A DNA stretch of 63,384 nt, filler included, from Phoronis australis (GCA_002633005.1; 12 parts of 12 records of this genome joined end to end with filler, not necessarily neighbours in it), one strand, 5' to 3'. Counted from the first letter of the whole stretch, positions 24,618 through 36,204 are shown. Numbers and translations are program-made. Notes: generated by a model from the sequence alone, not told the origin.

Positions 24618-25292
24618 ACGATGAATGTTTTCAGTCATCCAGTTGGGTCAATATAAGAAACAATAAATCTACTACTGGACTTACGGTACGTGGAGATGGC
24701 TACGTTGCGTCCTCCTCTCGAGGACTTCATCAGGCCACTGAGTTGTCACGTGACTTGTCATGTGATCCGTCGTACAGTTTCCGCGGGATTCTCTTAAGTG
24801 CCCTATCCCATGTCCTAGGTAAGTGAAACCGCAGCCCCCGTCTATTGAGGCTAGGATTCTCGATTCTCTCGTAGATAGCTTCTATGACCCTCTCTGAAAC
24901 CAATTTTCTTCTCTATCCAGGATCTTCACATCTTCCATGGCGAAAGAGTGGTCTGTGGAAGCCATGTGAGTAAAAACTGCAGAATCATAGCAGTCCCCAT
25001 AACTGGACCTCCGATGCTGGTTGAAACGACTTTTCAGGGCTTCTTTGGTTTCCCCAATATATGCTGCTCCACACCCCGGTTCCGAGCATGAAATGCCATA
25101 CACCACATTTGATGTTTTCTCTTTGCTGGTTTTGTCTTTCACATTTAACAATTGACTCCTTATGGTGTTAACAGGTTTGAATACAACAGCAATGTCGTAT
25201 CCCCTCATATGTGATTTGGGTGTCCTCGAGAGGACGCAACGCAGCCATCTCCACGTACCGTAAGTCCAGTAGTAGATTTATTATTTCTTATA
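24618..25292 (-). mobile_element. 5'-truncated Penelope-like retroelement: GIY-YIG endonuclease, 3' pLTR and inverted partial pLTR
   Basis: ORF 25208-24882 has NVVYGISC..CGAAYIGET..RFNQH and, after a 1-nt frameshift, continues EAIYERIENPSLNR to TGA near 24730; inverted copy of the 3' end at 25222-25293; 13-bp TSD TCT(C/T)AGACTTAAC at 24605-24617 and 25293-25305. Confidence 0.92.
24696..24738 (-). ncRNA. Minimal type I hammerhead ribozyme motif of the Penelope pLTR (variant core)
   Basis: GUGGC CUGAUGA A GUCCUC-gagag-GAGGAC GCAA CGUA GCCAU: stems I and II pair and stem III is the palindromic ACGU type, but the core has GCAA instead of GAAA. Confidence 0.75.
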
Positions 25293-25807
25293 TCTTAGAC
25301 TTAACGTTTTCGAGTTATTTGACTTTTAATTTAAAAAAAAAACGGCAAATTTTCAATTTTTTCAAAATTTTTTTTGATTTTCGCCAAACTATCACTTTAG
25401 ATAGAGTTTTGAACGGGCTTCCAGAAAATATTTTCCATTTTGCGCTACGCCGTCTACTTTTTGAGTTATTCAAGATTTTCGGATACCGTTGTTCCAATTC
25501 GGTCACCTATGCAAGGACCCAGCTGCCTGGCTTTCAGTTCACTTTGTTTTGGTTATACCTAGTTGAACCCGACTGACCCAGCCAGCACTGTCCTACTGTA
25601 GACTAGACTGTCATGTTGCGGCATCTATTGTTCTTCATTGTAGTTGATTGTATGCTCTCTATTTGATTTCTTCGCTAGTCACATGAATGTTATCGTGTTA
25701 TTCATAATTGCGGCCTTGATCGTCATGATTGTCGTTGTCCCCCTCATCGTCGTCTTTTCAATTAATTCCGCCAAGTGTCGCTCCTCCGAGCGCTCTCCTT
25801 TACTTAT

Positions 25808-26600
25808 CATTTGGTGAAATAAATTTCGCCAAGTATTTGTTTGTTCGCACGATACAGGTCGCAATTTTCGTCCGATCATCACAAAATTTACACATAACAC
25901 GTAGCTTTGAAAGTACTGGAAGCCTATTGTTTTTCGTCATAATCGGATCCAAGATGGCGGATGTGGTGGCCATTTTATTTTCATTTTAAGATTCAAAGGC
26001 TTCTGGACGCTACAATTTCTTACGTACAGGTTTGAAACTCAGCACAATTAATGGACTGGATGTGCACTACATGTGTACCGGAAATTGCTCACTTCCGTTA
26101 AAAGATGGCAGAAATATTGGCATTCGCGCGTGGGCACCTCGATTTCGGAAAAAACGTTTTCTCCTGTAGAGGGCGCATTATAGGACCAATTCCTTTGAAT
26201 TTTTGCAGTTATTAGTTTTTTATTACTTGCTATTATACAAAGCCAAAAACTGGAAGTTGCTTTCAAGATGGCGGATCTGGCGCATGTTGACCCATTTTCA
26301 GTCGTGCTGAGGTGCCATTTAAACGGGCGGAGGAAACGACGTGAATTTTTGCACGTGGATTCTATAAGGTATACTCTTTCAAATGAACTCTAACATTTTT
26401 TTTCTCAGACTTACTGTTTTCGAGACATTTGACTTAAAAAAAACGCAAATCATCTTTTTCAAAAAATTTACAGAATTGTGTTATACAATCAATTTAGATA
26501 GAGTTTTGAACTGGCTTTCAGAAGATGTTTTCCATTTTTTGCTAAGACGTCTCCTTTCAAGTTATTTTCTGATAACGCTGTTCCTTTGTCGATCGCTCTT
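25808..26600 (+). mobile_element. HINE-like element, diverged copy 2, head-to-tail with copy 1
   Basis: Starts with the equivalent hairpin TTGGTGAAATAAATTTCGCCAAGT, is collinear with 23980-25480, and lacks the Penelope insert (empty site near 26403-26425). Confidence 0.8.
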
Positions 26601-27747
26601 GCTGATGTTGGTTTAGCTTCTATTGAACTAGACTGTAGCCTATTTCTTATTGATTTATGACATCTAAGTNNNNNNNNNNNNNNNNNNNNNNNNNNNNNNN
26701 NNNNNNNNNNNNNTTAATTAATTAANNNNNNNNNNNNNNNNNNNNNNNNNNNNNNNNNNNNNNNNNNNNCTACAACCAACGGCCCTTTTAAGGGCCACTC
26801 AACACTTCCCAGAAGAACTGCTCACTTGAGAATGTTGATTTATCAACACGCTTTCGTAGTTTTCTCAGTAGGCCTATGTGAACCGTAAATCAAAAACTGT
26901 CCGATAACTATGCTGCTATTGGGCAAGCAGACGACATAAAGGGTCGGAACCGAAGTTTGAATTTTGAAATTAATTACCAGTAGCATTGCCAAAAGTACTC
27001 ACAATACCAACACTTCTACTATTGAAAAACTTTGAAAAGCGTTTCAATACCGAAATTAATATAAATTAATGTTTTTTTCGCTGTTTTGGACAGTAAAGTA
27101 GATGCAGGTATTTCTCGTCAAATTAAAACTGACCGGAAACTGCAGCAGATAGGTCAGGAGAGTTCAACTCGGCTCGTAAGAATATGCCGGAGTTGCGAAT
27201 CTGTTGTCTATAATCTATGCTGCCATCAAACCAACGTCAAAAATCCCTATAAGGTATTTATTTTGTCCTAGTCTTTGAGGAGTCCACTTGGTAGGCTCTC
27301 CGTGGGATGGATTGTCGTTCCTGGTGCGGCTTTGCTTGGCTTGTGCTTTTCAGAGCCATGGAAATAGCAGTAATGGTGGCAAAGCTTCTGTCCAAGCCTC
27401 TGAATTGATGGCAACCTCGGACGTAGAAGCTGATTGTGTGGCTACCACAAAGACAGTGGAAATGGACGTGAAAGATGGAACAAATGAAGTAAACTTGCCG
27501 AGGCTTCTGAACCTGTACCACCTTCTATGGCTCCTTCCCCACTCACAAGTGATGTGGAGTCAGGGTAGTTAATAACTGGCATACATGTATATTTAACATG
27601 ATGACATGAATCATGGGGTTAAAATCTGGCAGATTAATCCGCATGTTGCCAACAACCCATCAGTGCTTCTGCAACAGACGCTTGAGCGCAATACCTTATT
27701 CATGGTCTTCGTACAAAAGCCGTGCTGTCGGGAAAACGCGGTGATAA

Positions 27748-27983
27748 CAGTGGCAGATCTACGATTTCAGTAAGGGGGGTTTAGGATTCGAGAGAATCCG
27801 AGGCGCGTAGCGCCGAGGGGAAGGAAGGTCGCGAGAGGGTTTCCCTCCCCCCGTGTAAGATTTTTTTGGGATTTTTAGTAGCTAATTTCGTTTTTCTGGC
27901 GATTTTTCTTCCAGTTTTTATTTTTGATCCTGTCCCGAGGGGGGGTTTAAACCCCCTGAACCCCCCTTGTAGATCCGCCTCTG
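27748..27983. mobile_element. CAGTGGC(A/G)GATC-type MITE, subfamily B, 5-bp TSD GATAA
   Basis: TIRs CAGTGGCAGATCTAC...GTAGATCCGCCTCTG; GATAA at 27743-27747 and 27984-27988; related to 57704-57870. Confidence 0.9.
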
Positions 27984-28949
27984 GATAAACACTTCTAGGA
28001 ATGTCAAAATTTATTGTGCTTCACTGGGTAACAACATTAAGCCCAGGACTGCGATTATGGTATCCAAGGACATAACCTTTAGAATCCTTCCTGAGATTAG
28101 TGACAGAGACACCGTGGCGGCGTCTTGTGATACACCAGTGCTTCCCGATGTTCAACCCCCTAAACACCCTCAGAATTCCCAGATTGTTATAAGCTAAGGA
28201 ACAATCTACTAGATGGCAATGCTACATGCAAATGACATTCTTTTAGTGCATGGCAACAAATGGAATCGTCTGTCCGTTTACTTTAAGGAGACCGGCAGAC
28301 ATAAAAACTTCCTTGAGGAAGAACCATAACAGGGCACTCGTGCTTTTAACTCAGATGTTTTGTGTTATGGGCCTAACCATGAGGCCTGTGCACGCAAATG
28401 ACATACGGCAAAAACGTCAATTGATGTCCGTGTAAGGGATTGTAAAGTATTTTTCAGGACACTTAAAACGGTAACGAAACAGCCATTTTGGGGAGAAATG
28501 GAATGAATAAAATACTGCTTCTGAAAATATTTATTACTAAAAACTGACGTCTTACAACCCTGCTGTAATATTGTATTGACAAAGGATAAAACATTTACAT
28601 ATTTTGCAGATTAGGCATTTCAAATAAGCTTCATGTTGGAATGGTAGACAGTGTCCTTCGGTAATTCTTCATTTCTGAAGTTTCATATATTACAAATATT
28701 ATTTAAGTATTAAATTATTTTATATAAGCTATACTGCTTCGTCCTCATTATCATATTGTTTGGATTCTCGGGTCAGTGACCCTCTTTGTTCTACGATTAT
28801 TGGTATAATTGTACCCCGTGATCTCTTTGTCTTGTCGCAACACCGGGTCACCGTCCATAATCCTTTCCAATTTTCGGGTTTTCACTCATTTTCTCTTTCC
28901 CTCCCTCCCTCAAACTTATTTTCCTTGTACTTCCCGGTTTACACTAATT

Positions 28950-29155
28950 TTTCCTATGTCGCTGTCCTGGTGTTGTTGCTTTGCTTCCGCATATCTTCAT
29001 ATTTTTCCCTTGTCGCTGTCCTGGTGTTGTTGCTTTGCTGCCGCATATCTTCATATTTTTCCCATGTTGCTGTCCTGGTGTTGTTGCTTTGCTGCCGCAT
29101 ATCTTCATATTTTTCCCTTGTCGCTGTCCTGGTGTTGTTGCTTTGCTTCCGCATA
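28950..29155 (+). repeat. 54-bp minisatellite, about 3.7 copies
   Basis: GCTGTCCTGG recurs at 28961, 29015, 29069 and 29123; this explains the repetitive ORFs on both strands. Confidence 0.95.
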
Positions 29156-29543
29156 TTGTTACTTACCTTCCTCGTTCAACACTCGTATGCCTTCATTGCT
29201 GTAATGTACTTTGGTAGATTGTCACCCACCTTTACAGTTCATCATATTATATAACTTTTGTTTTTATCGATATCTGTAGTGGTTTAGTTTCTCATAATAA
29301 ATATGACCTTTTATCTCACCAACACGTGTTGTTTCACTGTAAACTAGCATTGTTATCGCTTCGCAGTTAGCGAATATAAATACTTTTATTGATTCAAATG
29401 TGCTTTTACAAAAAGTATCCCTATATCTCTTTACAAAATTTTTGCACCGTTGTGTCATTATAGATAACTTAACGCAAAAATGAGTTGAGTCTGTTAGTTT
29501 GTACTACTCCAACATATACTTAACAGGCGTTGTTTTATTTCAG

Positions 29544-30307
29544 AGAATATGACCAAGGAGCACAGCAGTTCCAATGCAATCCTTATAGTAAGAAACAGGC
29601 ATTAGCCTCAGAAACGCTGGGGACAAGAAGTGTGGACGAAGACTGCGTGAAGCCGCCGAAGTTGCCGCCCATTCCGGCCAATTACGAGCCTGAGACACAT
29701 TTGTAAAAAGTTGTTGGTTATTAGTTGCTTAGTTCAAATGTAGATATTTTATCTTTAGTTTTTATTTACACATTTAGTAAATATTCTACCTTATTTTGTT
29801 TCATATTAATAAAATCATCAAAGAACAAAAGCTTTTTCTTCTTGTAAGTCACAACTGCTCACTCAGTATGATTGGAATGACCAACAAACCACACAGTTGC
29901 AGGAGTTAAAAACCTGAAGCATTAAAAAAAAACCTATTAGTTCCTTACACCCATAACAGTAATATTCCTCCATTGGGCTTGTAAAGGCAACATCAATGGT
30001 CCAATATTGGCACTGTACTGGCCCACCACTACACGTTCACCAATGGAATTAGTATTGCGGCTTAATATGGGTCCACGGGGTGTCAACACTGGCCCTTTAT
30101 GGGACCGAAACCAGTTGTGCAGTATTAACCCAGTAATGGCCTTCAACTGGTCCTTTATTGGTCCGGTAAAGCAATCCTGTACGAGCCCAGTACAAAATGG
30201 GCGTGCATAATGTTATTGGGCCAGTCCTTGACTTCAGTATTTACATGTAGCAAATGCACAAGACAGCACAGGGCCACTATTGCCCGATTACCTGCATGTT
30301 TACTGGG
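29544..30307 (+). mobile_element. Right end of a CMC/EnSpm-like DNA transposon with a decayed last exon of its accessory gene
   Basis: Terminus CATGTTTACTGGG; dense (T)ACTGG(G)CC subterminal repeats in both orientations at 29970-30300; upstream frame LRNAGDKKCGRRLRE resembles the DUF4806-type C-terminal motif and is followed by AATAAA. Confidence 0.5.
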
Positions 30308-30545
30308 ATTTAGTGGGTTTTTCGCGTTTTAGTCCTCTTTAAACAATAGTCATTTCTTTCTACGCACATAACTACCACCATAAGATTTAGCTTTTAAAAA
30401 TCAGTGTGCCAAATTTGCTGCTTTAATCCGAGGTAGTTTTGTAAATATTTGCAGGTTAAGGGTCTCGGCTAATAAAGATATGTCGAGTTCTATTGATAAG
30501 AGTGGAATACAAGGCACTAGCTCTTATTTCTGACGATTCGCAACC

Positions 30546-30574
30546 ATGCAGACAGGACAGCAGAAGATAATAGG
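30546..30574 (+). CDS. Candidate first coding exon (MQTGQQKII-G) of the ACSF2-like gene
   Basis: CAACCATG start context, strong GG|GTGAGT donor, and phase 2 matching the exon at 31786. Confidence 0.55.
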
Positions 30575-31785
30575 GTGAGTTGTAAAACCTTCACGGCGCG
30601 TAAAATCATGTCCTAGACTCGGAACCCGTCTGTAAATAAGTAGGCCTATGGACAGACTGTTCATGTCTCGACCGCTGCTCACGTATCGCAGCTATTTGTA
30701 GGCATTGAGATTTTACGCTATCAAGTGTCTTCAATTCAACTCATGGAACAGGGAATTGACCTGTAGATTTTATGTAATTGAAGCACCACAAGCAGTTGAA
30801 GACCTAAAGAGGTTTTTGTGTGATTTCAGCAGTTATTGTGGTATTTTAGAGACTATTGTGAAGCCCTCAGTGTATCTACACGGGGATCTTAACTTGAATT
30901 TTATGTGCTTTTCGCCTACGGATTTCCGGCCAGTTGTCACGATCTGGAGCACATTGACGTTTCTCGTTTTCACCAAGTCAGATTGTGAGATTGATTCACG
31001 TATCAATGACGGGGTGGTGGTCTATTCGACTGGGCTAATTTGTGAGTTTGACTGGGAAAGAACCTGGGACAACGCATGTGCCTGTCAACCTGCGCTTGAG
31101 TACTCTGTGGTCCAGGTGCATGTTTAATCATAGGTTAAACCTTAGAGATGAACACTTAATCTATGGAAACACTTGGTGATCCCAGCAATGAAGTCATTAG
31201 CTCAAATCTAAACCGGATCTTGAGTTTTTCTCAAAATCTTTCGTTTTTATTGGATTGAGTTCAAAGCTCTAATCCATGGGTAATCGATTGCGAAAATGTC
31301 AGAAATTAATTTGATTTCGAGTGCAAAATTAGACCTCCTGAGACCTCCAGACATCTCCGACTTGGAACTGGAAGATTAACTCGAATTTACTTTATTTCAC
31401 ATGATCCGTTTTGCTCAAGCGCCACATAAATATTGATATGACTCAGTATGCTGGAGAATCATATGTTATTGTTTTCGCAAACGGGTTCCTAATCTAAGTT
31501 TACCCTTTAATTGATGTCTCAGTGTTTGAGCATCAATCCCAAGTTCAAATTAAACTTGTTCGAGTTCAGTGGGTCAAAGTCATTAGTTCTGGCGTCGTTC
31601 AGAGCTGCGACAGATCGCTCGATCATCCACATAACTTAATTTTAAAAAATTCTAGCACACCATCATGGAATCCTTGAGTTCCAATTTAGTGTGTAAAATC
31701 TTTGTCCTACTCTTATAAGTGCGAACTCAAACGTTTGATGGTGTTACATGTTCAATGTAGTCCGTGTTTTTATTTCGTTTTTCAG

Positions 31786-31969
31786 CGACACTATATTACC
31801 ATTGGCGCCGTTAACACGTAGCTACATTCATGCCACGAGTCACAAGACTCTGCTATACACGACATTAGGGCAACTTTTGGACGAAGCTTGTGACGCGTGT
31901 CCTGACCACGAGGCCTTCATTCTATGTGACACTTCGGACAGGTTAACGTACAAGCAGATACGGGAAAAG
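31786..31969 (+). CDS. ACSF2: ACSF2-like acyl-CoA synthetase (AMP-binding family), N-terminal exon
   Basis: TTTTTCAG acceptor, AAG|GTAC donor; SYIHATSHKTLLYTTLGQLLDEACDACPDHEAFILCDTSDRLTYKQIREK matches the ACSF2 SY..G....L...T.GQ.L......PD.EA.......RLT..Q pattern. Orthology unverified. Confidence 0.85.
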
Positions 31970-33332
31970 GTACATTGACCTTTGTGCTCGATTCTCTGTC
32001 AGACACTGTTAGAGAGCTCGCTGGTTCCCTGCCTGTAGATAATGTAACACGCAGGTATCATTCAGTGTCACACGCTTTATCACTGGTTAATATACATGTA
32101 ACCTCGGCAGTCATTGGTTAGCTTTACAACGAAGAAAGACATTGGCCGACTATGAATGATTTTTAGCCTTGTCAGAAGCGTAACAGCAACTATTTCGTTT
32201 CTTGCTGTAATGTATGATTAGCCGTGTGCTTGGAGAACATACAATTACAATACACCCACAGTGTGTTATTCATGATGTGTGAATACAGGAGAGCAACGTA
32301 AACAAAAGTCAGCGACAGTAGAAAAATGCACTCCGAAAAGGCGCGAGCACAATTTTCTGAGATTCACATTTCTTGAACATGAATTAAGCATCGGTTTGTC
32401 TGTACTAACAGACAACAATTACACTTCCTCCATCAGTCAATCCAGTTAATTTGCGTAGCCTAAAGCGCTACCTGCTGAGAATTCGACCAGCCATTCATAG
32501 TGTAAGAAAGATTTCCCTTTCTTGATAAGAAATTTTTTCTAACTTGAAAATTTACTGCATAACCAATAGATGTTTTTAGCAAATAATGTATTGGCATGAC
32601 CACAAATACACCATCATGATGCAGCACATTCCGGGAACGGACCTAACCACTATACACAATCATGTACATGCATGCAGGTGTCACGCAAATAAAAATAATT
32701 GCAGGCGACCTGGTACACGTTGTGTCAGAGGTGCGCACGCCTCTTAGGTGGGGCCATTGCATTGATCACCTGGAACTGTTTTTGTACTCTAGCCCTGGTA
32801 TGCCAACTCACGCCGGTAATGAGTATATTGCTACCCCGAGACTGACCGTGAGAGTTAGCACTGTGAATTTCCAGTTGTCTGATCGACCGAGTTTTGAAGA
32901 GTGGTATTTATCAAACCAAGCCTAATTTCGTTGCTTCGTATTTATTTTGACAATTTCGCTCATCAAGCGAGACTCCTGAGCTACGGTTCTATACAACCAG
33001 CGGATTCCGGTAACATTTGTCAATAAACCCGTGAATTATATTGGTCATTTTTAATACGCACCGGCTCGTGGCCCTGGCCTCATTCCAGAATCAGTATAGG
33101 CTCTGATATATTTTCATCTCCAGTCTTAGAACCACATTCGATAAACTATCAAATTACATGCCAGAAGTTTCTGGTTGTTAAAACTAGTTTCCTGTAATGT
33201 AGCATGCGCGCACCCAGGGGGAGCCCCCCCCCNNNNNNNNNNNNNNNNNNNNNNNNNNNNNNNNNNNNNNNNNNNNTTAATTAATTAANNNNNNNNNNNN
33301 NNNNNNNNNNNNNNNNNNNNNNNNNNNNNNNN

Positions 33333-33640
33333 CCCCCATCCCGGGTGTCGGTTCCACTTTCTCTTTGCTCGTATATATTTCCTGTTAGTTTTTTTTTTTC
33401 TTTCAAGTTTTGTTTTCATGTTCTGTACTTTTCCTTTAAGCCCTTCAGGCAGTTTTCTTGTTTTGTTCCCTCTTGCAGGGCTATTCATTGTACACGCCGG
33501 TGGGCGTTTTTTGCATGCCCATCTTGCAGAGTCTTAGTTAGTTTTATCTATTACGTCATAATAAATGACAATATTCGCAATCCTCCTCTTGTTTTACTCT
33601 GCAACATAGCTCGTGGCGTACCCCGGGCAAAATAGATTAC
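33333..33640 (+). mobile_element. Probable 3' part of an LTR (or other TE end) truncating the fucosyltransferase CDS
   Basis: T-rich non-coding sequence with AATAAA near 33560, ending GATTAC exactly where GT10 similarity begins. Confidence 0.35.
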
Positions 33641-34160
33641 GATAAAGTACATTAAAGAACTTCAAAAGCACACGACCGTCGACTTTTATGGTAAATGTGG
33701 TGATCTCAAGTGTGAGGGGCACTACATAGCCCACGGTTGTCAAAAAATTAAAAATTACAAGTTTTTCTTAACATTCGAGAATTCAAACTGCCGAGGCTAC
33801 ATCAGCGAAAAAAAAATGTGGATGCAAGCGTTTGACAGTTATGCAGTGCCAGTAGTAATGGGAGCCTACAAAGAGGACTATGTTAAGGTAGCACCTCCGA
33901 ATTCTTTCATTCATGTTGATGATTTTGACTCTCCCAAGTCTCTCGCTCAATATTTAACTGTAGTTGGGAAAAACGAGACTGCATACAACTCATTCCATGC
34001 ATGGCGTAAAGAGTGGACGTATCAATACGATTTTAGGATGTTGAGTAAAAAAGGATACGTGTGGAAAAGTGTGTGCGACGCTCTTGATAAAAGATGGAAT
34101 AAAAACCTTCGTGATATAACAGGATTAGTGAAAAGGACTGTTATCAAAATGCATGGATAA
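33636..34160 (+). pseudogene. Alpha-1,3-fucosyltransferase (GT10) C-terminal half, 5'-truncated
   Basis: One frame reads KYIKELQKHTTVDFYGKCG...YKFFLTFENSNCRGYISEKKMW..AF...AVPVVMG....Y.KVAPPNSFIHVDDFDSPKSLAQYL, the alpha-1,3-FucT motif; in-frame TAG upstream, no start codon or clear acceptor, C-terminus degraded. Confidence 0.9.
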
Positions 34161-34194
34161 AGAAGAACTAATACTTCCCATTACATGCATCCTT

Positions 34195-35617
34195 ATAACC
34201 GAATTTTTTAATAAAATTCAAGCTGAGTGATCCGGACCCTTGATTACGGTTCACGTGGACTACCTTAAGCCCTGTTTTAACTCATATGTCCAAGACTGGC
34301 GACAACCAAATAATCATTTTAGCAATTTAAATTTTGACTCAAATGATCTTTCCAGTGAGGAAACCGATAACCAATGTGGTGGTGAAACCGAGAACAATCT
34401 AGAGAGCTGCATTCCCACTGAGCCCCCCAGTGTGAGCAGTGATGTCTATCTATCCCGGAGAGGTCGAGTTATTAAGAAACCTCCTCGATTTCTGTCCCCG
34501 TAATTTAATTTACATGTCATTGCAGAGAATTACATCCAGAGGTTGGGGAGTATGAAGAGATCATAGCGAAGAGTTCGAATCAATACAGGTGCAGAGATTG
34601 TAGTAAGGAATTCGCGAAGGTGTCGCAGGCTATCGACCACGAAGCAGCATGTTGCCGCACCATTATACTGTACACGTGCTCATGCGGTTTCCGGTCTCCT
34701 AGGGCCCACCAGACCCGTCGCCACCAGAGAAAGGCGCAGCACTCTGCAAAACCCTATCGGAAAGAAGAGGTCGCCAACAAGAACCACTGGCGGAGGGTGT
34801 GGGAGGCAAAGCGGTGGGCCAGGATGGGTGAGCTCTATCGAAAGAGGGCACCATTTCAAGATGTAGAGTTAGAGAAGTTTGGTATGGACGAAGGCAAATT
34901 GTTGGAATGGGAAAGAAGTCTAGTTGCATTTATTGGTGTTTGAGTTTTACGTTGTTATTGTTGTTGTTAATCGTTTCCCAGTTAATTGTTGTCATTTTCT
35001 ATGCATATATTTTATTTCTATTTTATTATGGTCCAACCGTTCAGGTCTTTGTGTATGTGAATTACTAGAGTTATTGATGTCATTTAAAATATCTTGAATA
35101 CCTTGTTATCACGAATTAGTTGTCGCTCACTGTCACTACTGTATAATTTTGATCTATGTTAAATAATTTACATTAGATCTGAGGTTGGGGGAGTGTGACA
35201 GGCGCGCCCTCCCTTTGCGAATTATAGAGTTACAGTTTCGCGCCACTTTATTAATTGACTCTTCCTATAGGGGTGTTTTATTACGTCACTTATGTTTTGG
35301 ACTCATCCACACGTGCATTCTTTTGGTCTATAAAAAGCCGCGCACAAGCAGTTTTGGAGGGCTGTCTGGGGTTCGAAACTCACTCCAGTCTAATCTAGAA
35401 ATATGAGTGACGTCTTGTAAGTCTCCTATAGTTTCTTCTAAAAGTTTTAAAGTTCCTTAATAGTTTTTGATCAATTCTTTCTCATAACCTCTGTTTGTAA
35501 TTTTCAACAACATCAATAAATAAGAATGTATTTTTAATCAATTCAAATCTCCTTTAACTCCTGCTTTTTAAATATTCAAACTTCAAAACGACTGAGCATC
35601 TATCCGTCAGGTCGACA
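34195..35617 (+). mobile_element. 3' half of a Ty3/Gypsy LTR retrotransposon (integrase tail, extra ORF, PPT, 3' LTR)
   Basis: KIQ...ITVHVDYLKP and terminal SRRGRVIKKPPRF are typical Gypsy pol ends (stop at 34503); PPT GAGGTTGGGGGAG 35181-35193; LTR TGTGACA (35194)...GTCGACA (35617) with TATAAAA near 35330 and AATAAA near 35515. Confidence 0.8.
34526..34943 (+). CDS. Extra ORF inside the Gypsy element with two zinc-finger-like motifs, likely expressed by splicing
   Basis: TTGCAG acceptor ending at 34525, 22 nt after the pol stop; open frame 34509-34943 with YRCRDCSKEFAKVSQAIDHEAAC (C-x2-C-x12-H-x3-C) and YTCSCGFRSPRAHQTRRHQRKAQH (C-x-C-x12-H-x5-H). Confidence 0.7.
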
Positions 35618-36204
35618 CTTGCGGTCATTCACGACATACATAAAACACAACGCTGCCTATAACACCACCGCTACAGTTGCATAACGCAAAACCGTCGACG
35701 GAAGCAGCTATGTATTTTTAAACCTTTCGATGTAGGCCTAGTACAGAACAGATGACAACTGTGCAGTTAAACCGTTTACTTGGCGACCCCTATAGAAGCG
35801 CTGGTTAACTAAGAAGTTCAAAGCGAGGCTTTGAGCAGAAGATATGGAACGCTGACGGAACGCTGGTCAAAATAACGGTGGCTTTTGGGTTTGAAAACGT
35901 ATATTTTTCCATACTTTTGCAACAAAAGGGTTGTCGTTTGCTCAAACACAGGTAAGGTTTTCGATCCGAAACTGTTTAGGTAAGGTGTGCCTACGTTGCT
36001 TTCCGGTTTATAACTTTTCACCAATACCACACCACTTTATGCATCAATGCGGTTTCGCTGTATATTGATCTCATTGTTTGCAATATCACTCAAATACTTA
36101 CATTTTTGGCTGTTGTCTGTGACTTTTCCACTCAAAAGTAGACGATCACGCAGTAGAGGGGGCACTTCTCACAGAAAATTATTTCGTATGTAATTCATAA
36201 CACA

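Larger units (their letters stand above)
23972..25806 (+). mobile_element. Helentron-associated interspersed element (HINE/DINE-1-like), copy 1, interrupted by Penelope
   Basis: 5' subTIR ACTTGGCGGAATT (23979-23991) with adjacent inverted repeat TTCCGCCAAGT; perfect 3' subTIR AATTCCGCCAAGT (25764-25776) followed by hairpin CGCTC-CTCC-GAGCG and a T-rich end. Confidence 0.75.

Noticed and set aside
28760-29254. Overlapping 131-164 aa repetitive ORFs
   Set aside because: By-products of a stop-poor 54-bp minisatellite that is open in several frames on both strands.
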